64,000 nucleotides of DNA, from positions 1 to 64,000 of the forward strand of contig CAZUFC010000016.1 of the NCBI GenBank assembly GCA_964619725.1, given 5' to 3'. Shown here in pieces: positions 19,842 to 28,696 of the stretch. The translations under genes and the position numbers were made by a program. This DNA comes from an uncultured bacterium (lineage in GTDB: Bacteria; CSSED10-310; CAZUFC01). The notes under the pieces are model-generated. The model saw only the letters and a program-made list of their open reading frames with translations. It did not search any database and had not been told where the DNA came from. Within the stretch, counting starts at the first letter, position 1, and each line of letters begins with the position of its first letter.

Positions 19842-21785
19842 TCAAGCCTTCTCTTTCGCCGTTTCTTTATCCTGAGTTTCTTTAAGAATATCCTGCACCT
19901 GAGCAACGCTCATGGTTTCTTTTTCGATTAATTCCTTCGACAGTCTTTCCAGGGCTTCCTTATTTTCTTCAAGCAGCTTCTTTATCGAAGCCTCCTGTTC
20001 TGATATTATCCGCTTTATTTCCTCATCTATCGCCGCAGCGGTCTGTTCGCTGAAATGCTTTTCACCGGCAATTTCTTTGCCCAAAAAAACATGCTCTTCA
20101 TTTCCTTCATAATAGACCGGACCCAGTTTATCGCTCATACCCCATCTGGTGACCATGTTCCGGGCCATTTTGGAGGCTTGTTTGAGGTCGCTTTCAGCGC
20201 CGGTCGACACTTCTCCGAAGATCATTTTTTCGGCGGCCCTGCCTGCGAGTAAAGTAGCGATCTTATCGGCAAGGTAGGAGCTGTTGTAATTGTGTTTGTC
20301 CTCGATGGGCAGTTGCTGAGTGACGCCCAGGGCCATTCCGTGAGGAATAATCGTAACCTTGTGAAGCGGGTCAGCGTTGGGAAGCAGCAAAGCAGCAAGC
20401 GCGTGACCGGCTTCATGTAGCGCAATGATTTTTTTCTCGTTTTCGCTGATGAGATCGGTCCTTTTCAAGCCCATAAAAATACGGTCAAGTGCGTCCTCAA
20501 AATCCTCCATCTCTATCATGGTTTTGTTTTTTCTGGTGGCGAAAAGCGCCGCTTCATTAACGAGGTTTTCCAATTGAGCGCCGGATACGCCGGGCGTGCT
20601 TCTCGCAATGGACCTTAAATCAACTTGCTCGGCAATCGGTTTATTTCGGCAATGCACCTTTAAAATTTCGACTCGAGCGTTCAACGACGGCGTTTCGACA
20701 GTAATATGCCTGTCGAAACGTCCGGGCCTCAATAATGCAGGATCAAGAACATCCGGCCTGTTGGTCGCCGCTATCACGACTACATCCTCATTCGGTTGAA
20801 ATCCGTCCATTTCATTCAATAACTGATTCAGCGTCTGTTCCCTCTCATCGTGACCGCCTCCCAGCCCGGTACCTCTCGCTCGCCCGACCGCATCAATCTC
20901 ATCGACGAACAGTATGGTCGGAGCGCTCTTCTTGGCCTTCTGAAATAAATCCCTGACTCGCGCTGCGCCCACGCCCACAAACATCTCCACAAACTCCGAA
21001 CCGCTGATCGAAAAGTAAGGCACGTCCGCTTCGCCTGCTATCGCCCGGGCGAGTAAGGTCTTGCCCGTTCCCGGAGGTCCCACCAGAAGGATGCCCTTGG
21101 GAATCTTGGCGCCTATCTTCTTGAACTTGTCCGGGTCTTTTAAAAATTCCACAATCTCTTCCAGCTCCATCTTTGCCCCTTCCAATCCGGCCACATCGCT
21201 GAACGTCACGCTCGTCTTTTTCTTAACGTAATATTTGGCCCGGCTTGAACCGACGTTGAATATGCTTCTTTGCTGAGACTGAACGCGGCGCCCCATGAAT
21301 ATGATAAAACCGATGATGAACAACCAGGGCAAAAATGAAAACAGCAATTGCCAGAAGATGGAATCCTGGTCCTCTCTTATCTCCAACTCTATCCCCCGCT
21401 CTTCTATCGTGCTCATCAGGTCCTTATCCTCGAACGGCGGCAGCAGAGTCTTGAACTGCTCCACTTCCACCTCCTGCTCCTCGCTGCCGAAAAATTTCTC
21501 CATCTCCTTCTCAGTCGTTACGCTGGTAAGAAAACTTCCTCTGATCTCACGTCCCTCAATGGACAATTTCTCGATGTTGCCTTCCCTCAACTCCTGCTTG
21601 AATAAAGTATACGGAATGCCTATTCGATTGATCTGCTGGGTTGAATAATGTCTCACCATCAGATACTGAAAAAGGACCGCCAGCAGAATCAGCAGAATAA
21701 TGTTGCGCCATTTTTTCTTTTTGTTATCAAAAGGAGGCGGTGAAAACTTTTGATGGGGATCATCCGGGGGTCTGTTGTTTTCCAC
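19842..21785 (-). CDS. ftsH: ATP-dependent zinc metalloprotease FtsH
   Basis: Two TM helices, [43 protein letters not shown]. Confidence 0.95.
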   Translation of the reverse strand: MENNRPPDDPHQKFSPPPFDNKKKKWRNIILLILLAVLFQYLMVRHYSTQQINRIGIPYTLFKQELREGNIEKLSIEGREIRGSFLTSVTTEKEMEKFFGSEEQEVEVEQFKTLLPPFEDKDLMSTIEERGIELEIREDQDSIFWQLLFSFLPWLFIIGFIIFMGRRVQSQQRSIFNVGSSRAKYYVKKKTSVTFSDVAGLEGAKMELEEIVEFLKDPDKFKKIGAKIPKGILLVGPPGTGKTLLARAIAGEADVPYFSISGSEFVEMFVGVGAARVRDLFQKAKKSAPTILFVDEIDAVGRARGTGLGGGHDEREQTLNQLLNEMDGFQPNEDVVVIAATNRPDVLDPALLRPGRFDRHITVETPSLNARVEILKVHCRNKPIAEQVDLRSIARSTPGVSGAQLENLVNEAALFATRKNKTMIEMEDFEDALDRIFMGLKRTDLISENEKKIIALHEAGHALAALLLPNADPLHKVTIIPHGMALGVTQQLPIEDKHNYNSSYLADKIATLLAGRAAEKMIFGEVSTGAESDLKQASKMARNMVTRWGMSDKLGPVYYEGNEEHVFLGKEIAGEKHFSEQTAAAIDEEIKRIISEQEASIKKLLEENKEALERLSKELIEKETMSVAQVQDILKETQDKETAKEKA

Positions 21786-22011
21786 TTTTCTGAAACTCCC
21801 TTAATTATTTACATTATTTAATCTGCGGACTTCACTGAAAACCGCAACGATTTATTCGCTCCTGACGCGGGACTGAAAGCCCATTTATATTATGAACCAT
21901 TAATCCTCGTTATGCAACCTGTTCCATGATTCCCTTAAATTCTGATATAGAAAAATCATTTTTCCTATATCAGAATTTAAATGGAAATAATTCGCCGGTG
22001 ACGGTCGAAAA

Positions 22012-24090
22012 CTATATTATGTAACGGAATTTAAAAAGATTACTTAAGGCTTCCAAAGCGCCTTTCCGTTCATTATCAACAGGGCCAGCCACTTGTTCGG
22101 CTATCCGTCGAGCGGTTTTCTTTCCGTCTATCAAATCCAGCAGTCCAACCACTTCAGGTGAAATTTCAGATACCTGATCAAACTCGCCGTCATAAATCAG
22201 CCCTGTTGACGATTCATGAACAGTCCCCTTCCTTTCCGCCTTTTTATCGTAAGGATTGTAACGAAAGACCCTGTATTTAACGGAGGGAGATATCTCAACC
22301 GGCTTATTCATCCAATTTTCATCCAAATCAGCCGAACCATCGCGCCGGCATTTCAAAAGGTATCCCTTCTTGAAATCCGACAACGACATAAAAAGCCCGT
22401 GGGCTTCTATCATTGTGATATTTTGAAACTCTTTGCCTTTATTGCTGAAGAATTCATCAATCATTTTCCGGGCGCTCTCTTGCGGAATCGTTTCCTCTGA
22501 TTCAAAATCGTAACTTAACGCCATATCCTTTTCCCTGTCCGGCGACGTTATGCTTACATTATAATCATTTGGATGCTCATGCACGTCCGAATGCCTGGTT
22601 AAAACAAATGTTCCGCTGCCTGCAGCAGCAATTTTATCACGATTTAAATGAATGAAATCAAGCGTTTCCGCTGCTTCTTCCGGCCGCTCCCCCGGAAAAC
22701 CCAAAAAAAACAGAAGCCATACATTAACGCCGGCCTTATGAAAATTGTCTATGACCTCCTGCATGTTTTCCTTTTTGATGCCCTTTTTCATTACATCGAG
22801 GATTCTCTGACTGGCCGATTCCATTCCGAACATAACGAGTTTGCAGCCCGATTGAGCCAGCAATCGACATACGGCGGGCGAAAAATAAGTCTCGAATCTA
22901 ACTTCAGCTCCCCATCGGAAATTACGACCCTTTTCGATGATTTTTGCCGCCGTTTTCTTCAGCGCCGCAGGCGAAGGGCAATCATCCATGAAATAGAAAT
23001 TTCGCGTCTGATGTTTTTCCGCCAACGTCAGCATATCGCGAAACACATGCTCCGCCTTACGCGTCCTGTATCTCTGGTAAGCGAAGTGATGGCTGCAGAA
23101 TGCGCATTTTCGCCAGTAGCAGCCCCGGGAAGCCGATACAGGTAGGATGAGCTCCGGTGAAAAATACAGATCAAGAGGCATTCCGGCAAAATCCGGCGGC
23201 GGCAGCTTTTTCACCTCCTCGAATGTCGTTCGTTCGCTCATAAAAACCTGCTTGTCTTTAAGAAAAATAATGTTGGGCGCCTCTGCCAGATCGCCCCTTT
23301 TTTCAATCTTCTCCAGCAAATTTCTGAATGCCGTTTCTCCTTCGAACCTGATACAACTGTCAGCATATCGAAAGAATTCTGGATTCTTCTGCAGGGCTCC
23401 GGACAAATGAGTGATAAGATTCCCGCCCAGGCAAATATGAATACCGGGCGATTTTAATTTTATCAGTCGACAGAGCGTCAAAGCCGGAATAAGCTGAGAC
23501 GGCCAATTTACGGAAATGCCGATTACATCAGGCTTGCTTTTTAAAAGACTCGGGATCGCATGTTCTTTGAAAAAAGCAAAATAAGGATTGGACCTCCTGT
23601 CGGTTATCGCCGCAGAGACCTGTTTCCATGACTCCGCAGAATACTTCATCCTGAAGCTCTTTAATGCGAGTTCCGTCGGAAAAAAAGAAGCCGATATCAA
23701 ACGAAGCGCGGAAATAACAACCCGAAAGGCCCATTGGTATCTTTCCAGATTCATTTCCGCTCCCATCTCCCTGATGCTTCGTTTTGCAATTTCGATATTT
23801 TTGACTGCATACTCGGAAGACAGAGACTCCCTGGAAATGTAATTATACTCGCGCACCTGTTCCGTCTTGAGTTTTCGAGAACTCTCCAGCTTGCTCAACC
23901 TCCACTCTAGCTGACGCGCCTGCTCAAACAAAAAATCCTCACTTAGGAAAAAATCATAGCTTTCAATATTTAAATCGCGTACCACGATGTCGGTAAAGCC
24001 GGATGATTTCAGGTATGCCTGCAGAGACGGTATGCCCAGAGGCGGATAGGCGGGCTCTCCCTGCGGCGGATAAACAAGCGCTGTTCTCAT
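22012..24090 (-). CDS. Cobalamin-binding radical SAM enzyme with a C-terminal PqqD/RRE-like segment
   Basis: N-terminal 'LVYPP...PPLGIPSLQAYL...DLN' B12-binding domain; SRGCYWRKCAFC motif; 'FGMESASQRIL'; C-terminal 'LLDLIDGKKTARRIAEQV' winged-helix-like segment. Confidence 0.85.
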   Translation of the reverse strand: MRTALVYPPQGEPAYPPLGIPSLQAYLKSSGFTDIVVRDLNIESYDFFLSEDFLFEQARQLEWRLSKLESSRKLKTEQVREYNYISRESLSSEYAVKNIEIAKRSIREMGAEMNLERYQWAFRVVISALRLISASFFPTELALKSFRMKYSAESWKQVSAAITDRRSNPYFAFFKEHAIPSLLKSKPDVIGISVNWPSQLIPALTLCRLIKLKSPGIHICLGGNLITHLSGALQKNPEFFRYADSCIRFEGETAFRNLLEKIEKRGDLAEAPNIIFLKDKQVFMSERTTFEEVKKLPPPDFAGMPLDLYFSPELILPVSASRGCYWRKCAFCSHHFAYQRYRTRKAEHVFRDMLTLAEKHQTRNFYFMDDCPSPAALKKTAAKIIEKGRNFRWGAEVRFETYFSPAVCRLLAQSGCKLVMFGMESASQRILDVMKKGIKKENMQEVIDNFHKAGVNVWLLFFLGFPGERPEEAAETLDFIHLNRDKIAAAGSGTFVLTRHSDVHEHPNDYNVSITSPDREKDMALSYDFESEETIPQESARKMIDEFFSNKGKEFQNITMIEAHGLFMSLSDFKKGYLLKCRRDGSADLDENWMNKPVEISPSVKYRVFRYNPYDKKAERKGTVHESSTGLIYDGEFDQVSEISPEVVGLLDLIDGKKTARRIAEQVAGPVDNERKGALEALSNLFKFRYII

Positions 24091-24313
24091 CTCCCGTTTC
24101 CCTCCCTTTTTTTAACTCAAAAACAAACTGCCCTCGATCTGCATCAAATTGATAATAAGATTCATGCTGAAGATTTTCAAGCCGTTTTCCAGCCCAAAGG
24201 CTTATATTACGGTACGGACTCGCGGTTGAAATTCAGTCATTTTTCGAGTACTTGTACAGATGCCTTCAGAAGCGCGTAATTCGCGTCTTCTACGGCATAA
24301 ACTGGAAATTGAT

Positions 24314-25093
24314 ATGATTCACATCGGCACATCAGGATTCAGTTACAATGATTGGATCGGTCCCGTCTATCCCCAGGGAACTAAAAAAAGAGACATGCTG
24401 GCGCTGTATTCGGAACTGTTTTCAACAGTCGAATTGAATTTCACCTATTACGGTTACCCCTCGATAAAAGCTATTCTGTCTATAGTCGAAAAATCAGAAG
24501 GAAAACTTGTTTTTTCGGTCAAAGCCCACCAGGACATTACCCATAAACGGGAAAACATAACTGAAGCTGCCGAAAAATTCATCAAGGGAATCGATCCGTT
24601 GAAAAAAGCAGAAACACTCGGCGCAGTGCTGCTTCAGTTTCCCTGGTCCTTTAAGAATAATAAAAATAACAGACGCTATCTGGCTCAACTGCCGAAGCTT
24701 CTGCCTGACTTACCCCTGGTTGCGGAATTCAGAAATTCCGACTGGATTCAACCTCCTCTGTTCGATTTTTTGCGCTATCACAATCTGGGATTCTGCTGCG
24801 TAGATCAACCCCAATTGAAAGACCTCCTGCCCCCGATGCAGAAAACCACCTCTTCCATAGGATACGTGCGTTTTCACGGTCGAAACGCCGCCAAATGGTG
24901 GACCCATGACAAGGCTTACGAAAGGTATGATTATCTCTACAACCAGGAAGAACTCTCACCCTGGGTCGATTCGATAAAGCAAATGGATCGAAACACCGAC
25001 CGCACTTTCGTTTTCATGAACAATCATTATCGCGGCCAGGCCGTGGAAAACGCAAGGATGCTGATTCAGCTTATTGAAAAAAATAATGATTAA
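24314..25093 (+). CDS. DUF72 family protein
   Basis: 'IGTSGFSYNDW', 'VELNFTYY', 'LLQFP', 'EFRN', 'YVRFHGRN', 'YDYLY', 'FMNNH' motifs. Confidence 0.9.
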   Translation: MIHIGTSGFSYNDWIGPVYPQGTKKRDMLALYSELFSTVELNFTYYGYPSIKAILSIVEKSEGKLVFSVKAHQDITHKRENITEAAEKFIKGIDPLKKAETLGAVLLQFPWSFKNNKNNRRYLAQLPKLLPDLPLVAEFRNSDWIQPPLFDFLRYHNLGFCCVDQPQLKDLLPPMQKTTSSIGYVRFHGRNAAKWWTHDKAYERYDYLYNQEELSPWVDSIKQMDRNTDRTFVFMNNHYRGQAVENARMLIQLIEKNND

Positions 25094-25886
25094 AAAAGCC
25101 GTTATACCTGCCGCCGGAACCGGATCACGCTTAGCGCCGCTGTCCGACGTTATGCCAAAAGAATTATTCCCTCTCGGAAAAAAAGCCATTCTCGACTGGA
25201 TCATTGAAGAAGCTCAGGATGCCGGAATAAAAGAAATCCTGATAATCATTGCTCCGAATAAATCAGTTATTCGCAATTATCTGGAAAAAAGGAACCACAA
25301 AAACATCGGCATTGAATTCGCTCTTCAACCCGAACCGCTCGGACTGGGCGACGCAATCAGCAAAGCACGTCCCTGGACGCCTGACGAGCCTTTCCTCTTA
25401 ATGCTGCCGGATAATCTCTTCTCTGGTTCGACCAGACCGGCCTCCTCTCTGATTACCGCCTTCAAACAAGTCAACGCAAACGTCATCGGCTTAATCAAAA
25501 CCACGGAAATGGATGTAAAAACTCAAGCCTCCTTCTCCTATCCCTTGCTTCAAAAACGGGAAATGAAAAATCTTTATGAAATAACGGATTTTTCAAACAA
25601 ACCGCCCAAACGTGACATCAGCTCAACAATCAAACCAGGAAACTTCCTGGGTGTCGGAAGGTCTCTCCTGATGCCTTCCGTTTTCGATTATATAGAAAGA
25701 TGCCGTTCCGAACTGAAACCGGATCAGGAGCTTGAAGACACGCAACCTTTAAAGCTGGCCGCTGAAAAGGGCGAGGTCTTCGGATGCGCGCTCGATGTTC
25801 GGCGTTTCGATACGGGAAACTGGGACGGCTACCTCAGAGCTTTGGAGTTCTATATAAGCTGCTGCCGGCGCTTTGAAGAAAAATAG
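25086..25886 (+). CDS. GalU-like sugar-phosphate nucleotidyltransferase
   Basis: 'KKAVIPAAGTGSRL.P...PKEL', 'QPEPLGLGDAI', 'LPD', 'RFDTG' motifs. Confidence 0.82.
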   Translation: MIKKAVIPAAGTGSRLAPLSDVMPKELFPLGKKAILDWIIEEAQDAGIKEILIIIAPNKSVIRNYLEKRNHKNIGIEFALQPEPLGLGDAISKARPWTPDEPFLLMLPDNLFSGSTRPASSLITAFKQVNANVIGLIKTTEMDVKTQASFSYPLLQKREMKNLYEITDFSNKPPKRDISSTIKPGNFLGVGRSLLMPSVFDYIERCRSELKPDQELEDTQPLKLAAEKGEVFGCALDVRRFDTGNWDGYLRALEFYISCCRRFEEK

Positions 25887-26069
25887 AACTCATGATTTTA
25901 AACGCTTTTCATATACATCAAAACGTCTTTTACCTGATTCATCTTAACTTATTGAATTAAAGGAAATATAGAGTGTTTTTTTTCGATAGCGGCAGAGGCT
26001 CTGTGACTGGTTTTTTATGCTTTTTTTCCGCTTTTTCTATTTTTTCTTGAAAAAAATCGCTTTTTTCAC

Positions 26070-26097
26070 GAAACTTTATTTTGTCGATTACCGATAA
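26070..26097 (+). promoter_or_regulatory. Sigma28 (FliA/SigD)-like promoter
   Basis: GAAACTTT-N12-ACCGATAA versus the consensus TAAAGTTT-N11-GCCGATAA, about 80 nt upstream of ATG 26176. Confidence 0.5.
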
Positions 26098-26175
26098 CAA
26101 GGCTGAATGAGGGAAGCAAACAAGAGAATGACCCTCTTAAGTTAACGTTATAAATTTTTTCAAGGAGGAAAGAAA

Positions 26176-27609
26176 ATGTTACCAGGTTTGGATCCAGGAA
26201 GAATGTTAAACAACATGATAGACAGGGCTTTACCGGGAAAGCTGGGAGATTTCGTCGGCGACATGGCTGGAACTTATACGGATTTTATGACGGGCAATAC
26301 GATCGGCGCTTTCCAGAATTTTATGGACGGTTTTCAGAATTTCGGAGACCTTATGCAATCGGGCATGGGTTTCCAGGATTTCGCCAGCAATTTCGGCAGC
26401 CAGATACCCGAACCGGGATATTCCCCTTCCTTCGATCAGTCATTGCAGCCTCAGGGACAGTTAGCCGTTGAAGGAAATAAAATTCACACACCCGGCGGAT
26501 ACAGCGTGGAAAACATGGGCGGCACGAAATGGAAGATCACGTCGCCCACGGGAAAAGAAACGCTCATCCACGGCGATCCTCATGTATCGGAAAAGGACGG
26601 CGGCAGATGGGACTGGGACAACAAGACGATGTCCTTCAATTTACCTGATGGGACGAAAATCACGGCCAATGCCACCGGACCTCGGGGCGTTACGACTGAT
26701 TTCGACGTATACTACGGCAACCAGCACGTCCAGGCGACGGGAGTCAATACGGGGAATCCGCAGGTCAGCGGCGTAAGATATGATGCAGCGATCCATGATG
26801 CGATGCATACTGACGGATCGTCCGTGCATCTGGGCGGTGACGGCGATGACTGGTTCAAGATGGTTGACGGGTTCATGCGAGAAGTCGCAGGCGGCGGCGG
26901 AAAACCCGGCGCATTGAAATTCGGCGGCGGTTTCTGGGCTGATAAAATTACGCAACTTTCCAGTTCGCTCGCCGGCATGCCTTCCATGGGCGACTTCCCC
27001 GGCAATGTAATGCAACAGTTCCCCGAAGCTTTCCAGCAGATGAATTTCCTCAATCCCGCCATGGGATTATTACCCAACATTGCCCAGTTTCCGAACTTCC
27101 CCAGCGGTCCGGTTATGCCGGAACAACCGCCCACAGGCGGTGCAGGCGGCGCAGGCGGCGCAGGCGGCGCAGGCGGAGCCGGCGGAACAGGCGACATGGA
27201 CTGGTGGGGAGCGATGAGAGACGTCGAAAACGACAAAACACGGGGTGCATTAATGTCGATGATCAAAGGCGGAAGCTTTGAAGAAAAAATGATGGCCCTC
27301 CTGCTGGCCGCAGCCAACAAAGAGATGAAAAAAGCCGAAGGTTTAGCCAAGAATCTGGATGAAAGCAAAGGCGGCGGCGGTGGCGGCGGCGGCATCGGCG
27401 GCATGATGAAAAATATTCCTCTCGTCGGCGGTCTCTTCGGCGGCGGCGGAGGCGGAGGCGGAGGCGGCGAAGGCTCCGACACCAACGTCAACAACTTCAA
27501 GCTTCAGATGAGCATGCAGAGAATATCCCGGTTATTCCAATCAGTTACGAACATCATGAAAACGATGGGCGACGCCAGAATGGGCATTGCCAGAAACTAT
27601 AAAGCTTAG
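26176..27609 (+). CDS. Putative type III-secreted Gly-rich protein (DUF1521-like core, needle/tip-filament-like C-terminal helix)
   Basis: Strong AAGGAGG RBS; no Cys and no signal peptide; 'IHGDPHV...LPDGTKIT' core; C-terminus KLQMSMQRISRLFQSVTNIMKTMGDARMGIARNYKA; adjacent to a SycD-like chaperone and SctV. Confidence 0.7.
   Translation: MLPGLDPGRMLNNMIDRALPGKLGDFVGDMAGTYTDFMTGNTIGAFQNFMDGFQNFGDLMQSGMGFQDFASNFGSQIPEPGYSPSFDQSLQPQGQLAVEGNKIHTPGGYSVENMGGTKWKITSPTGKETLIHGDPHVSEKDGGRWDWDNKTMSFNLPDGTKITANATGPRGVTTDFDVYYGNQHVQATGVNTGNPQVSGVRYDAAIHDAMHTDGSSVHLGGDGDDWFKMVDGFMREVAGGGGKPGALKFGGGFWADKITQLSSSLAGMPSMGDFPGNVMQQFPEAFQQMNFLNPAMGLLPNIAQFPNFPSGPVMPEQPPTGGAGGAGGAGGAGGAGGTGDMDWWGAMRDVENDKTRGALMSMIKGGSFEEKMMALLLAAANKEMKKAEGLAKNLDESKGGGGGGGGIGGMMKNIPLVGGLFGGGGGGGGGGEGSDTNVNNFKLQMSMQRISRLFQSVTNIMKTMGDARMGIARNYKA
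27136..27186 (+). repeat. 9-bp coding tandem repeat encoding (Gly-Gly-Ala)n
   Basis: GGCGGTGCA GGCGGCGCA GGCGGCGCA GGCGGCGCA GGCGGAGCC GGCGGA inside the 477-aa ORF. Confidence 0.85.
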
Positions 27610-27623
27610 TCAGCAATAAAGCA

Positions 27624-27662
27624 AAACAAAAAAGGCGGTTCGATAAACCGCCTTTTTTGTTT
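27624..27662 (+). terminator. Intrinsic (bidirectional-type) terminator
   Basis: AAACAAAAAAGGCGGTT-CGATA-AACCGCCTTTTTTGTTT, a perfect stem with a U-tract, 14 nt after the stop codon. Confidence 0.9.
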
Positions 27663-27835
27663 GTTTTTCGCTATGAACCTCTCGTCTTACATAAATAGAA
27701 TTCTGCAAATGCCGACTCTTTATCGTCCTTTCCGGTTTCTGCCCATTTGCTCAAGGAAAGACGAAACCCGAAAACGGCATTTTTTTAGGAAATTTACAAA
27801 TTTACGAAATCCGCAAGATAGGCTGCAGCCCTTGC

Positions 27836-27864
27836 TTGACACGAATGCGTTTTTTTGTTTCAAT
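27836..27864 (+). promoter_or_regulatory. Sigma70-type promoter for the chaperone gene
   Basis: TTGACA-N17-TTCAAT, 50 nt upstream of ATG 27915, which has an AAGGAG RBS. Confidence 0.5.
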
Positions 27865-27914
27865 GGACTTAGATACGATAGTCCGTGACTTTTCTTCTAT
27901 CAAGGAGTTAAAAA

Positions 27915-28472
27915 ATGGCTGAAGAAAAAAAAGTAGATGAAACTGCAGGAAAAACAGAACCTGCCGAACAGATCGAGAATCCCATCACGATGGAAGCACT
28001 CGGCGAATTTCTGCGAGGTGAAATCACCCTCCAGGAATTACATCAGATTCACCCTAACGAAATGCTGGCTTTGGCCAAGATGGGCGAAGTGCTGCTTGAA
28101 TCCGGAAAGCTTGACCAGGCTCGCAGCATTTTTGAAGGATTGGTTTCGCTTAATCCTTATATCGGACAGTTTCATACCGTACTCGGCGGAATATACATGA
28201 AAAAGGGCGAACTGGAAAATGCGGTAGCCGAATATTCTGTCGCTGTAGATCGCAATCCCGCCGATATCGCAGCTTATGCCAACAGAGGCGAAATTTATCT
28301 CCGCCAGGGAAAACTCGATCTGGCCACCAAGGACCTCACGAAGGCAATCGAATTAGATAAAGAAACCGACCCGGCCAAGAAGAATCCGGCTTCAATGCGA
28401 GCGATTGTTTTAGCAATGGCTTTAAACGAAACTTTGAACGAAATACAGAAAAAGCAGGGGGAAAGCAAATAG
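27915..28472 (+). CDS. TPR type III secretion chaperone, SycD/LcrH (class II)-like
   Basis: 'GEITLQELHQIHPNEMLALAKMGEVLLESGKLDQARSIFEGLVSLNPY' fits the LcrH/SycD N-terminal pattern; three TPRs; directly upstream of sctV. Confidence 0.75.
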   Translation: MAEEKKVDETAGKTEPAEQIENPITMEALGEFLRGEITLQELHQIHPNEMLALAKMGEVLLESGKLDQARSIFEGLVSLNPYIGQFHTVLGGIYMKKGELENAVAEYSVAVDRNPADIAAYANRGEIYLRQGKLDLATKDLTKAIELDKETDPAKKNPASMRAIVLAMALNETLNEIQKKQGESK

Positions 28473-28696
28473 TCGTTTAATAAACGTTTTTTTGCGGTTT
28501 TCTCCTGTTAACGGAGCGATACTGTGGGATTGCTCCGGAGCGCTTTTTCAAGCAGCACAAAAGAGTATTTTTCTTCAGCCTGTTTTTTCTTGATTCAAGA
28601 AATTTATTGTTTAATTTATCGACTTGAAGGTAATAGCATTCGGAGCGTTACAGGCATGTAAATTATTAATTCTATTAAAGGACGGACGGCGCAAGT

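Noticed and set aside
26712-27500. 262-aa Pro-rich minus-strand ORF
   Set aside because: It is an antisense shadow of the GGC-rich 477-aa gene, which has the RBS, promoter and terminator.
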